NCBI GenBank assembly: GCA_902526005.1
Contig: CABZIW010000004.1
Span: forward strand, 32,596 to 96,595
DNA: 64,000 nucleotides
Reading direction: 5' to 3'
Source: an uncultured Pelagibacteraceae bacterium
GTDB lineage: Bacteria > Pseudomonadota > Alphaproteobacteria > Pelagibacterales > AG-422-B15
Shown: positions 9,528-18,888 of the stretch, piece after piece
Numbering within the stretch: the first letter of the stretch is position 1
How the letters are laid out: each line of letters opens with the position of its first letter
Made by a program: the position numbers and the translations under genes
Notes under the pieces: generated by a model
What the model saw: the letters and a program-made list of their open reading frames with translations, nothing else
The model's database searches: none
Told to the model about the DNA's origin: nothing

Positions 9528-10995
9528 ACGAATGCAGCTTTTTAATCATCAGGGGGATGTTGTCAATAAGATCCTCTGCAATTAGCCCCGGACCTATCAT
9601 TTCTCCAAGTTTTGAGTGAATATATGCACCAGCGCATGCCGCATCAAAAGCATTCATCTTATTATCTCCAACAAGTGAAGCGATGATTCCAGCAAGAACA
9701 TCGCCTGATCCTGCGGTTGCTAGATATGGAGCTTCGCTTACATTTATTACAACATTTCCTTCAGGGTCAGCAATAACTGTATCAGCGCCTTTGAGTAAAA
9801 CTATACTGCCTGCTATTTTGGCTGCCTCAACACACTTGAGCACTTTATCTTCCATTAACGCAATACCTTCGCCAAATAGTCTTTTAAATTCACCTTCATG
9901 AGGTGTGAGTATTGTATGCGGATAAGTATCTATAAATAATTCTTCTGGATTATTTTCAAAACATGTAATTGCGTCTGCATCAATTATACAATGATCCACA
10001 AAAGCCAGTGCCATTAAAGCTCTAGCTTTTGTCTCGTCGTTTACTCCATTTCCAGGGCCTATGAGGACACTTGAAACTCTTTTGTCTTTTAAAAGTTTTT
10101 GAAAATCGTTTTTTTCTTTTATCACTGATAGCAATTCAACTGAGATTTGTGGTTCTAATATTTTTGCTGTTTCTTCGTCGCAGACCATTGTTACTGCCCC
10201 TGCCCCAACGCGCATAGCTGATCTACCGGCTAATCGAGCTGCTCCAGTTTGAAATTGAGGACCAGTATTAATTACAAGCATTCCTCTTGAATATTTATGA
10301 TCACTTGAAACTGGAAAAGGAAAATTTTTAATCCATAATGATGGATCATTTTTTTTTATATTCGGCATGATTTTATCAAATACGTTTTTTTTAATTCCAA
10401 TATCCTCAACTACTATTTCTCCACAATATTTTTTTCCAGGATACAAATAATGACATTTTTTTTTATTAAAAAAAGTAATTGTTTTTGAAGCTTTAAAAGC
10501 TTCTCCAAGAACAGCAGATGTATCGCCATTAATGCCAGATGGAATATCTACGGAGAAAACAGTTAATTTAGATTGATTAATTTTACTAACTAAAGAACTT
10601 AAATCATTTGACATTGTTCTTGATAACCCTGTACCAAACAAAGCGTCAACTACATAACAATAATTTGATAAACTTCTAATTTTTGAAACAAATAATGATT
10701 TATTAAGTTTTTGTTTATAATGTAAATTGTCATCACTTTCCTTGGCTTTACTAATAGGGCAATAAATATCAATTTCCATACCTTTCTTTAAAAGAAGGTC
10801 AGCTGCAACGTAGCCATCGCCGCCGTTATTTCCCGGACCACAAATAAAGAGCGCCCTTTTACCTCTTTGAACAGGAAGATTGTTGAAAACCTTCTTTCCC
10901 GCGTTAAACATCAGATCCAAACTAGAAATACCAGACTCAATAGTTAAAAAGTCGGCCTTTGCCATTTCTTTGTTACTAAGGATGTATTGAGTCAT
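9511..10995 (-). CDS. nnr: Bifunctional NAD(P)H-hydrate repair enzyme (epimerase + ADP-dependent dehydratase)
   Basis: 494 aa. YjeF N-terminal domain (CGPGNNGGDGYV) fused to a carbohydrate-kinase-like C-terminal domain (GSGDVLAG). Confidence 0.9.
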   Translation of the reverse strand: MTQYILSNKEMAKADFLTIESGISSLDLMFNAGKKVFNNLPVQRGKRALFICGPGNNGGDGYVAADLLLKKGMEIDIYCPISKAKESDDNLHYKQKLNKSLFVSKIRSLSNYCYVVDALFGTGLSRTMSNDLSSLVSKINQSKLTVFSVDIPSGINGDTSAVLGEAFKASKTITFFNKKKCHYLYPGKKYCGEIVVEDIGIKKNVFDKIMPNIKKNDPSLWIKNFPFPVSSDHKYSRGMLVINTGPQFQTGAARLAGRSAMRVGAGAVTMVCDEETAKILEPQISVELLSVIKEKNDFQKLLKDKRVSSVLIGPGNGVNDETKARALMALAFVDHCIIDADAITCFENNPEELFIDTYPHTILTPHEGEFKRLFGEGIALMEDKVLKCVEAAKIAGSIVLLKGADTVIADPEGNVVINVSEAPYLATAGSGDVLAGIIASLVGDNKMNAFDAACAGAYIHSKLGEMIGPGLIAEDLIDNIPLMIKKLHSYVTES

Positions 10996-11167
10996 TTATT
11001 AGAAATCGCCTATAAGTACATGTTTTAAATAAAGATATGTAAATTATTCCTTAATTTATATTTAAATCTATATGTCAATTTGGCATAAAAACATTATATA
11101 TACATTCTATCATTAATTTTAACTTCTTTCAGAAAATTAATGTATAAAACTTAAGAGTTAACTCTAA

Positions 11168-11503
11168 ATGAAAAAAATCGAAGCTGTCATAAAGCCGTTT
11201 AAGATAGATGATGTAAAAGAAGCACTTGAAAAAGTTGGGGTGCGAGGGATCACTATATCTGAAGCCAAAGGCTTAGGTAGACAAAGAGGTTTTACTGAAG
11301 TTAACACTGGTGTTGAATATGGTGATTTTCTTCCGAAAATTAGATTAGAAATAATCTTACAAGATGATCTTGTCGATACGGCCATCGAAGCGATTAGGGC
11401 TTCAGCAAACACAAATCGTATTGGTGATGGTAAAATATTTGTTTCTAACATTGAAACAGTTATGAGAATTCGTACAGGCGAGACTGGTTCGGACGCATTA
11501 TAA
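11168..11503 (+). CDS. glnB: Nitrogen regulatory protein P-II
   Basis: 111 aa. MKKIEAVIKPFK..., T-loop GRQRGFTEVNTGVEYGDFLPK with Tyr51, B-loop GDGKIFV, C-terminal RIRTGE. Confidence 0.93.
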   Translation: MKKIEAVIKPFKIDDVKEALEKVGVRGITISEAKGLGRQRGFTEVNTGVEYGDFLPKIRLEIILQDDLVDTAIEAIRASANTNRIGDGKIFVSNIETVMRIRTGETGSDAL

Positions 11504-11524
11504 ACTTAATTCAGGGAGAAATTA

Positions 11525-12505
11525 ATGTCAGATATGAAAACTTATGAATACATATGGCTCGATGGTTATACACCAGAGCCTTTTATGAGAAGTAAAGTAA
11601 AAGCAACCGAAGAAAAATCAGCACCGGACTGGTCATTTGATGGTTCATCTACTCAACAAGCAGAGGGAGGAAGCTCAGACTGTCTTCTTCTTCCTGTTCA
11701 AACTTATTCTAATCCAAATGGACACGATATAGTAATGACACAGGTACAGGCTGCAGACCATACAACTCATCCATCAAACTTTAGAGCTGCGGCAGCGGAA
11801 GTTGTTTCCGACGAATGGTGGTTTGGTTTTGAACAAGAATTCTTTTTAACTGACGCTAAAACTGGTGAACCACTTGGCTGGGAAGATGGCACGCCAAGAG
11901 AGCAAGGTGAATTTTATTGTGGTGTTGGAGCCGGCAATGTTGTTGGTAGAGCCATATCAGATGCACATCTAAAAGCTTGCATAGATCTTGGGATTACGCT
12001 TACTGGAACTAATGCAGAAGTAGCACTTGGCCAATGGGAATATCAATGCTTTGGAAAAGGTATTAAAGCAGCTGATGATTTATGGGTAAGCCGATATTTA
12101 CTCATGAAAACTGCTGAGGAACACGGCGTTGGAGTGAACTTTCACCCAAAACCAAAAACTGGTGATTGGAACGGTTCTGGTATGCACACTAATTTTTCTA
12201 ATGAACAAATGAGATCTTCTGGATCAGAAGAATTATTTACATCAATGTGCGACAAACTTGGAAAGGTTCATGAAGAAGGTATTGCGGCTTATGGATCTGA
12301 CAATAATATGAGGCTTACTGGACTTCACGAGACACAAAGTATCGATAAATTTTCATATGGTGTAAGTGATAGAGGTGCTAGTATACGTATTCCAGTTTAT
12401 ACTGTTGAACATAATTGGAATGGGTATCTTGAAGATAGAAGGCCAGCATCGAATGCTGATCCATACAAAATTGTATCACATATAGTTGGGACTTTGACTA
12501 AATAA
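11525..12505 (+). CDS. glnII: Glutamine synthetase type II
   Basis: 326 aa. EYIWLDG start, WFGFEQEFFL, NGSGMHTNFS, LEDRRPASNADPY. Size and motifs match rhizobial GSII. AGGGAG Shine-Dalgarno upstream. Confidence 0.9.
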   Translation: MSDMKTYEYIWLDGYTPEPFMRSKVKATEEKSAPDWSFDGSSTQQAEGGSSDCLLLPVQTYSNPNGHDIVMTQVQAADHTTHPSNFRAAAAEVVSDEWWFGFEQEFFLTDAKTGEPLGWEDGTPREQGEFYCGVGAGNVVGRAISDAHLKACIDLGITLTGTNAEVALGQWEYQCFGKGIKAADDLWVSRYLLMKTAEEHGVGVNFHPKPKTGDWNGSGMHTNFSNEQMRSSGSEELFTSMCDKLGKVHEEGIAAYGSDNNMRLTGLHETQSIDKFSYGVSDRGASIRIPVYTVEHNWNGYLEDRRPASNADPYKIVSHIVGTLTK

Positions 12506-12526
12506 ATTCCATAATCAGGGGATCAT

Positions 12527-13936
12527 ATGGGTACTGCAAACGAAGTACTAAAAAAATTTAAAAATGGTGAAGTCAAGTATCTCGATATGAGATTTACTGA
12601 TCCAAAAGGCAAACTTCAACATTTAACGATGGACGGTACAGCAGTAGACGATGATCTCCTAAACAGCGGAGTCTTCTTTGATGGATCCTCTATATCTGGC
12701 TGGAAAGCTATAAATGAATCAGACATGGTTCTCAAACCGGACTTAACCACAACGGTAATCGATCCTTTTACAGCCCAAACGACATTAATTGTTTTTTGCG
12801 ATGTTCTCGATGCAGTGTCAAAGGAACCATATGAGAGAGATCCAAGAGGAACTGCAAGAAAAGCAGAAGAGTATGTCAAAGCAAGTGGAATTGGCGATAC
12901 TATATATATGGGTCCAGAAGCAGAGTTTTTTATATTTGATGATGTAAAATTTCAAGTTGATATGAACAAATCAATGTTTGAAATTGATAGTACTGAAGGT
13001 CCATATAATTCTGGACGCTCTTATGAAAGTGGCAACTTAGCACACAGACCAGGTGTTAAAGGAGGATATTTTCCTGTACCGCCTGTTGATAACGCACAAG
13101 ATATAAGAACAGAATTTCTTGAAGAATTAAAAAATTTAGGACTGAAGATGGAAAAACATCATCATGAAGTTGCTCCAAGTCAACATGAATTGGGACTGAA
13201 GTTTGATACTTTACTCAAACAGGGCGATGCTATGCAGCTTTATAAGTATGGTGTACACATGGTCGCTAATGCATTTGGTAAAACTGCTACATTCATGCCT
13301 AAACCAGTTAAAGGTGATAATGGAACTGGAATGCATACACACCAATCCATATGGAAAAATGGTGAACCTCTATTTGCAGGAGATAAATATGCAGGCTTAT
13401 CCGAGATGGCATTGCACTACATTGGTGGGATCATAAAACATGGAAGGGCACTTAATGCGTTTACGAATGCTAGCACAAACAGTTATAAGAGACTGATACC
13501 AGGGTTTGAGGCCCCTGTAATACTTGTATACTCAGCAAGAAACAGATCTGCCTCTTGTCGGATACCTGTTTCAGATAATCCGAAAGGAAAAAGAGTTGAA
13601 GTAAGGTTTCCTGATCCTTCGGCAAATCCTTATTTGGCATTTTCAGCGATGCTAATGGCAGGGATGGACGGTATAAAAAATAAAATTGACCCAGGAAATG
13701 CAGCCGATGAAGATCTTTATGAATTACCAGAGGCAGAGGTTAAAAAATTGCCAACTGTTTGCGGTTCTCTTAGAGAGGCACTTGAGGCGGTTGACGAAGA
13801 TAGGGCTTTTTTAACTGAAGGTGGAGTTTTTACTGATGACCAAATTGATGCATATATAGACCTGAAAATGGAAGATGTATATGATCTAGAACACTCTCCT
13901 CACCCTATTGAATACAAAAACTACTTTAGTGTGTGA
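12527..13936 (+). CDS. glnA: Glutamine synthetase type I
   Basis: 469 aa. KPVKGDNGTGMHTHQS, NSYKRLIPGFEAP, and an adenylylation-type Tyr context DEDLYELP. AGGGGA Shine-Dalgarno upstream. Confidence 0.95.
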   Translation: MGTANEVLKKFKNGEVKYLDMRFTDPKGKLQHLTMDGTAVDDDLLNSGVFFDGSSISGWKAINESDMVLKPDLTTTVIDPFTAQTTLIVFCDVLDAVSKEPYERDPRGTARKAEEYVKASGIGDTIYMGPEAEFFIFDDVKFQVDMNKSMFEIDSTEGPYNSGRSYESGNLAHRPGVKGGYFPVPPVDNAQDIRTEFLEELKNLGLKMEKHHHEVAPSQHELGLKFDTLLKQGDAMQLYKYGVHMVANAFGKTATFMPKPVKGDNGTGMHTHQSIWKNGEPLFAGDKYAGLSEMALHYIGGIIKHGRALNAFTNASTNSYKRLIPGFEAPVILVYSARNRSASCRIPVSDNPKGKRVEVRFPDPSANPYLAFSAMLMAGMDGIKNKIDPGNAADEDLYELPEAEVKKLPTVCGSLREALEAVDEDRAFLTEGGVFTDDQIDAYIDLKMEDVYDLEHSPHPIEYKNYFSV

Positions 13937-13992
13937 CAATTAGTTGAATTCTAAGGGGTGACCTTTGTAAATAAAATGCTATATATATTAAA

Positions 13993-15168
13993 GTGGAATT
14001 AACAACAGAACATGAAGAATTAAAGAGATCAGCTCTTAAATTCGTTGAAGATGAAATCAACCCCTATGTAGACGAGTGGGAAGAAAATGAAATTTTCCCA
14101 GCCCATGAACTTTTCAAAAAATTAGGTGATCAAGGATTTCTTGGAGTAACTAAACCTGAAAAATACGGTGGGTCTGGATTAGACTATTCATACGGAGCAG
14201 TTCTTAATGAGGCATTGGCACATATTAAATGCGGCGGTGTTCCAATGGCTATTGGTGTACAGACAGATATGTCAACTCCAGCATTGGCGCGCTTCGGCAG
14301 TGAAGAGATATGTAATGAATTTTTAAAACCGTCTATTACCGGAGATCTTGTTTCTTGCCTTGGTGTCTCTGAACCAAGTGCTGGTTCTGACGTGGCTGCT
14401 ATTAAAACTCATGCTGTTAAGGATGGTGATGATTACGTAATAAATGGATCAAAAATGTGGATTACAAATGGCACTCAAGCAGACTGGATGTGTATGCTTG
14501 CAAATACTGAAACTGACAATAAGAATAAACATTTAAATAAATCTCTTATATGTGTGTCCCTTAAGGAAGATGGCAAGAGGGTAAAGGGTGTCACAATTAA
14601 TCGTAAACTAAAAAAAATGGGTATGCATTCGTCTGATACTGCTGAAATATTTTTTGACGATGTAAGAGTGCCGCAGAAAAATTTAGTCGGAGAAGAAGGT
14701 AAAGGCTTTATTTATCAAATGATGCAGTTTCAAGAAGAAAGACTTTATGCAGCTATTGCTGGCTATACTGGCTGTGAATTAGCTATTAATGAGACCATTA
14801 ATTATACAAGACAAAGAAAGACATTTGGTAAGCCTATTCTTGACAATCAGATTGTTCATTACAAACTTTCCGAGCTGATGACGGAGGTTGAAGCCTTAAA
14901 AGCACTTACATGGAAAGGAATTGAGATACATGTAAATGGTGGTGATTGTACAAAATTGGCTTCAATGTCAAAGCTAAAAGCCACACGACTTTCTAGAAAA
15001 GTTAACGACGAATGCTTGCAATATTGGGGTGGAATGGGCTATATGGATGAGTCACCTATTTCAAGAGCGTATAGAGATGGACGTTTAGGTTCAATTGGCG
15101 GTGGATCAGATGAAGTAATGCTGGGCATTATTTCAAAATATCTTGATATTCTTCCAGGAAAAAATTAA
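13993..15168 (+). CDS. Acyl-CoA dehydrogenase (short/branched-chain type; GTG start)
   Basis: 391 aa. N-terminal ELTTEHEEL, typical of ACADs. Also CLGVSEPSAGSD and GSKMWITNG, with a C-terminal Glu in GGGSDEV. Confidence 0.88.
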   Translation: MELTTEHEELKRSALKFVEDEINPYVDEWEENEIFPAHELFKKLGDQGFLGVTKPEKYGGSGLDYSYGAVLNEALAHIKCGGVPMAIGVQTDMSTPALARFGSEEICNEFLKPSITGDLVSCLGVSEPSAGSDVAAIKTHAVKDGDDYVINGSKMWITNGTQADWMCMLANTETDNKNKHLNKSLICVSLKEDGKRVKGVTINRKLKKMGMHSSDTAEIFFDDVRVPQKNLVGEEGKGFIYQMMQFQEERLYAAIAGYTGCELAINETINYTRQRKTFGKPILDNQIVHYKLSELMTEVEALKALTWKGIEIHVNGGDCTKLASMSKLKATRLSRKVNDECLQYWGGMGYMDESPISRAYRDGRLGSIGGGSDEVMLGIISKYLDILPGKN

Positions 15169-16806
15169 TTACATTCTTGCAACGCCAAAAGTATTTGGTT
15201 TTAACTCTCTCTTATCGCCGTCGCTGATAATATTTAAGCATTCACCTAAAATCTTTCTTGTATCCTTTGGATCAATAATTCCGTCATCCCATAATCTCGC
15301 TGAGCAAAATATTGCTTCACCTTCCTCACGGTACTGATCGATTATTTTTTGCTTCATACCTTCAAGCATTTCAAGGTTCTCTCCATATATTTTTTTGGGA
15401 TCTTGACCTTTTCGTTCAGCGCCCTCAAGAGCAACTTGAGCCATTGTTCTAGCGGCCTGTTCCCCACCCATCACACTCATTTTTGCATTAGGCCATGAGA
15501 ATAAAAATCTAGGATCATAAGATCTTCCCGCCATTCCATATTCTCCCGCACCAAAAGAGGCTCCAATCCTAAGTGTTATTTTAGGTACGGTGCAATTAGT
15601 AACCGCCTGTATCATCTTTGATCCGTGTCTTATCATTCCTTTTGCTTCCTCTTTAGTACCCACCATAAAGCCGGTTATATTTTGAAGAAAAATTAGCGGC
15701 GTATTTGATTGAGAACAAATTTGTATGAATTGAGTAGCTTTATTAGCACTTTCAGAAAATATCGGTCCATTGTTCCCTAAAATTCCAACTTTATAACCTT
15801 GAATAGTTGCATGTCCTGTTATGAGGGTTTTGCCCCAGCCTTCTTTAAACTCTAAAAAATCAGAACCATCAACAATTCTTGCAATCACTTCCCTGCAATC
15901 ATACGGGGTTTTATAATCAACTGGAACAACCCCTGTTAACTCATCAGGTGAATAAACGGGCTCATCATACTCAGACTTTTGAGTAGAAATGAAATCATTA
16001 TTCCATCCAATATTCTTCATTACATCTCTTGCAATCTCGATTGCATGTGCATCATCGTTTGCCATATATTCAGCAAGTCCGGAAACTGCAAAATGTAAAT
16101 CTGCTCCACCAATTTCTTCGTCAGTAGCAATCTCACCAAGCGAAGCTCTTAATAAAGGAGGACCAGCTAAAAATATTTTTGATCTTTCTTTAACTACAAT
16201 TATATAGTCTGATAAGCCTGTCTGGTAAGCGCCACCTGCAGTTGATGAACCGTGAACTACGCCAATTGTCGGAATTCCCATTGCTGACATTTTAGAAAGA
16301 TTGGCAAAACTTCTACCGCCCTTAATAAACATATCGGTCTGTCTCAGTAGATTTGCACCAGCACTCTCTATTAACTGAATAAAAGGTAATTTATTTTCAA
16401 AAATTATTTGAGCACCTCTTAACGCCTTTTCAGTGCCCATCGCAGATGCACTTCCCCCTTTAATACCCGCATCTGAAACACCAATCATGCAACGAACGCC
16501 TGCAACATAACCAATACCGCTAATAGAGTTTCCCCATCCAATATTTTTATCGCCATCATCATCGCCAATCTTGTAACCAGCAAGGGTGGATAATGGAAGC
16601 CAAAAACTACCTGGATCTAATAGTCTTTTTAATCTTTCACGGGGCAGCAACTGTCCTCTTTTATCAAACTTAGCCTTAGACCTAGCAGAATTATCTGCTA
16701 TTTTTTGTTCTAAAGTTCTAATTTCATCAATCAGCTTTTGATGGTCCTCCTGATTTTTTTTGAAGGACTCTGAATTAATCATTATTTTTGATTCAATAAC
16801 CGGCAT
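15169..16806 (-). CDS. mccB: Acyl-CoA carboxylase carboxyltransferase (beta) subunit, methylcrotonyl-CoA carboxylase-like
   Basis: 545 aa. Two-domain carboxyltransferase of the length and N-terminal type of MCC-beta. No biotin carboxylase (alpha) gene lies next to it. Confidence 0.8.
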   Translation of the reverse strand: MPVIESKIMINSESFKKNQEDHQKLIDEIRTLEQKIADNSARSKAKFDKRGQLLPRERLKRLLDPGSFWLPLSTLAGYKIGDDDGDKNIGWGNSISGIGYVAGVRCMIGVSDAGIKGGSASAMGTEKALRGAQIIFENKLPFIQLIESAGANLLRQTDMFIKGGRSFANLSKMSAMGIPTIGVVHGSSTAGGAYQTGLSDYIIVVKERSKIFLAGPPLLRASLGEIATDEEIGGADLHFAVSGLAEYMANDDAHAIEIARDVMKNIGWNNDFISTQKSEYDEPVYSPDELTGVVPVDYKTPYDCREVIARIVDGSDFLEFKEGWGKTLITGHATIQGYKVGILGNNGPIFSESANKATQFIQICSQSNTPLIFLQNITGFMVGTKEEAKGMIRHGSKMIQAVTNCTVPKITLRIGASFGAGEYGMAGRSYDPRFLFSWPNAKMSVMGGEQAARTMAQVALEGAERKGQDPKKIYGENLEMLEGMKQKIIDQYREEGEAIFCSARLWDDGIIDPKDTRKILGECLNIISDGDKRELKPNTFGVARM

Positions 16807-16890
16807 ACTAAAATCCTAATAAATTCATGCTGTTAGAGTAAATAAATATTACACAATGTAAAGAATCTATTATTAGTTGTATTGTTTGTT

Positions 16891-18888
16891 ATGAGAAAGA
16901 AATCAAAGAAAAATAAATCAATTAAAAAGAAGAGTTCATCCAAAAAGACAATAAAAAATTCAAACACATCTTACACCGCAAAAGATATTGAAGTCCTTGA
17001 AGGTTTAGAACCGGTTAGAAAGCGACCCGGAATGTACATTGGGGGAACAGATATAATGGCAATGCATCACCTGGTAAGCGAGGTACTAGATAATTCAATG
17101 GATGAAGTTGTTGCTGGTTTTGCAAATAAGGTAGAAATTAAGCTAGTTTCCCAGGACACGATTGAAATCTCTGATAATGGGCGAGGTATTCCTGTTGATA
17201 AGCATCCAAAATTTAAAATACCTGCAGTTGAAGTCATTATGACAACACTACATTCTGGGGGTAAGTTTTCAAAAAATAATTACAAAACTTCTGGCGGTTT
17301 GCATGGCGTTGGAATTTCTGTTGTAAACGCGCTATCTAAAAAACTTACTCTTGAAATTGCAAGAGATAAAAAATATTTTGTACAAACTTATAGTCAGGGT
17401 TCTCCTAAAAATAAATTAAAAGCATCCGCAAAAGGTCCTCTTAAAAAGGGTACAAAAATAGTATTTTCACCGGACCCAGAAATTTTTGGCAAAGAAATAG
17501 AATTTGATGCTTCAATTATATATAATATGGCAAAAGCTAAAGCCTATCTTATACCAGATGTTGAAATTCATTGGTCATGCAGTAAGGCAACCGCCAAAAA
17601 AAATATTCCATTATCAGATAAACTACATTACTCCGATGGAATTAAAGATTATTTAAATAATCTTTGTACGCCCAATGACCCTATTTTTGAAGATCCATTT
17701 TATTTCAACACCGAGATAGATGTTGATAGTGGTAAAATTGAGGGAATTATAAATTGGTTTGATGTGATGGAACCTATAAATGAATCTTATTGTAACACTA
17801 TTAAAACCCCATTGGGCGGTACTCATGAAAGCGGTTTCAAGTCAGGAATTTATAAGGCATTTAAAGATTTTTCAAAAATTAAATACGAAAAAAAATCATC
17901 TCAAATTAATCAAGAAGATCTCTTTGGTTCATCTGGATCAATCTTATCTGCTTTTATAGAAAACCCTGAGTTTCAAGGTCAGACAAAAGAAAAGTTATCA
18001 AGTATAGAGCCTGGTCGTAAAATTGAAATGAAAGCACGACAACTATTTGAACAATGGCTTACAAAAAAAACTAGGTCTGCAGAAGAATTATTTCAATACG
18101 CATTTAATCGATCACAGTTAAGACTGCAATCCAAATCAAATCAAATCATAGAAAAAAATATAAAAAGAAAAAAAACAACCTTACCAGGTAAACTTGCTGA
18201 TTGTTCAATTGATGGAAATAAAGGAACTGAAATTTTTCTTGTTGAAGGAGACTCGGCTGGTGGATCGGCAAAACAGGCAAGAGATCGTCAAACACAGGCC
18301 ATTTTACCTTTAAGGGGTAAGATTTTAAATGTGATCAGTGCTGGAAGAGATAAAATAAATGCAAACCAAGAAATTACTGATTTAATGCAAGCTATTGGAT
18401 GTAAGCGAGGAGATAAATTTAATAGCAAAGATATTAGATACGAAAAAATTATAATTATGACAGATGCTGATGTTGACGGTGCTCATATATCCACCTTATT
18501 GATGGCATTCTTCTATAAAGAATTTCCAAAACTAATTGATGAAGGGCATCTGTACTTATCCGTGCCTCCTTTATACAAAATATCTAAAGGAGCTAAAACG
18601 TATTACGCTGTAAATGATAAGCATAAAGATGAAATAATAAAAAAAGAATTTAAAAATTCAGACGTTACCATTAATAGATTCAAAGGATTAGGTGAGATGA
18701 TGCCTGCTCAATTGAAAGAGACAACTATGTCGCAGGAAAATAGAACCTTATTAAAAGTTCAAATTGCATCAAAAGACAAAAAGAAAACTCATAAATCTGT
18801 AGATTCTTTAATGGGCAAAAAACCTGAGTTGAGATTTAAGTTTATTGTCGAAAACTCAAAAAAAATAGCAGCTGAGAGTATTCTCTAA
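16891..18888 (+). CDS. parE: DNA topoisomerase IV subunit B
   Basis: About 665 aa. LEGLEPVRKRPGMYIGG, Toprim EGDSAGG, PLRGKILNV. It is too short for GyrB. I prefer the ATG at 16891 over the TTG at 16882 used by the ORF track. Confidence 0.88.
   Translation: MRKKSKKNKSIKKKSSSKKTIKNSNTSYTAKDIEVLEGLEPVRKRPGMYIGGTDIMAMHHLVSEVLDNSMDEVVAGFANKVEIKLVSQDTIEISDNGRGIPVDKHPKFKIPAVEVIMTTLHSGGKFSKNNYKTSGGLHGVGISVVNALSKKLTLEIARDKKYFVQTYSQGSPKNKLKASAKGPLKKGTKIVFSPDPEIFGKEIEFDASIIYNMAKAKAYLIPDVEIHWSCSKATAKKNIPLSDKLHYSDGIKDYLNNLCTPNDPIFEDPFYFNTEIDVDSGKIEGIINWFDVMEPINESYCNTIKTPLGGTHESGFKSGIYKAFKDFSKIKYEKKSSQINQEDLFGSSGSILSAFIENPEFQGQTKEKLSSIEPGRKIEMKARQLFEQWLTKKTRSAEELFQYAFNRSQLRLQSKSNQIIEKNIKRKKTTLPGKLADCSIDGNKGTEIFLVEGDSAGGSAKQARDRQTQAILPLRGKILNVISAGRDKINANQEITDLMQAIGCKRGDKFNSKDIRYEKIIIMTDADVDGAHISTLLMAFFYKEFPKLIDEGHLYLSVPPLYKISKGAKTYYAVNDKHKDEIIKKEFKNSDVTINRFKGLGEMMPAQLKETTMSQENRTLLKVQIASKDKKKTHKSVDSLMGKKPELRFKFIVENSKKIAAESIL

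Noticed and set aside
11081-11097. A sigma54-type promoter (TGGCAT...) upstream of glnB.
   Set aside because: The -24 GG is present but there is no GC at the -12 position (TGGCATAAAAACATTAT), so it does not fit TGGCAC-N5-TTGC.
10996-11167. A glutamine riboswitch (glnA RNA) or other structured leader in the 172-bp spacer before glnB.
   Set aside because: The spacer is almost pure A/T, with none of the conserved GC-containing segments I recall for that motif, and it has no stable stems apart from the short palindromes already noted.
11164-11451. Antisense or alternate-frame ORFs listed in the track, for example 411..644, 765..1037, 3254..3478, 11164..11451, 13203..13436, 30745..30942, 41774..42328, 60538..60747, 63322..63552.
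   Set aside because: All lie completely inside strongly supported genes on the opposite strand or in another frame. They have low-complexity, Ser/Leu/Ile/Phe-rich translations typical of shadow ORFs in AT-rich DNA, and show no motifs.
11525-13936. Locally elevated GC (about 45-50% in sampled lines) in glnII and glnA, and similarly in the Tat-SBP gene (53463..54608), as a sign of horizontal transfer.
   Set aside because: These are highly conserved or highly expressed genes rich in Gly, Ala and Pro codons. The flanking spacers are native-looking and AT-rich, and there are no mobility genes or repeats at the borders. Amino-acid constraint explains the higher GC.
13953-13965. A hairpin AAGG-ggtga-CCTT after glnA as a terminator.
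   Set aside because: The stem is only 4 bp and there is no proper U-tract.
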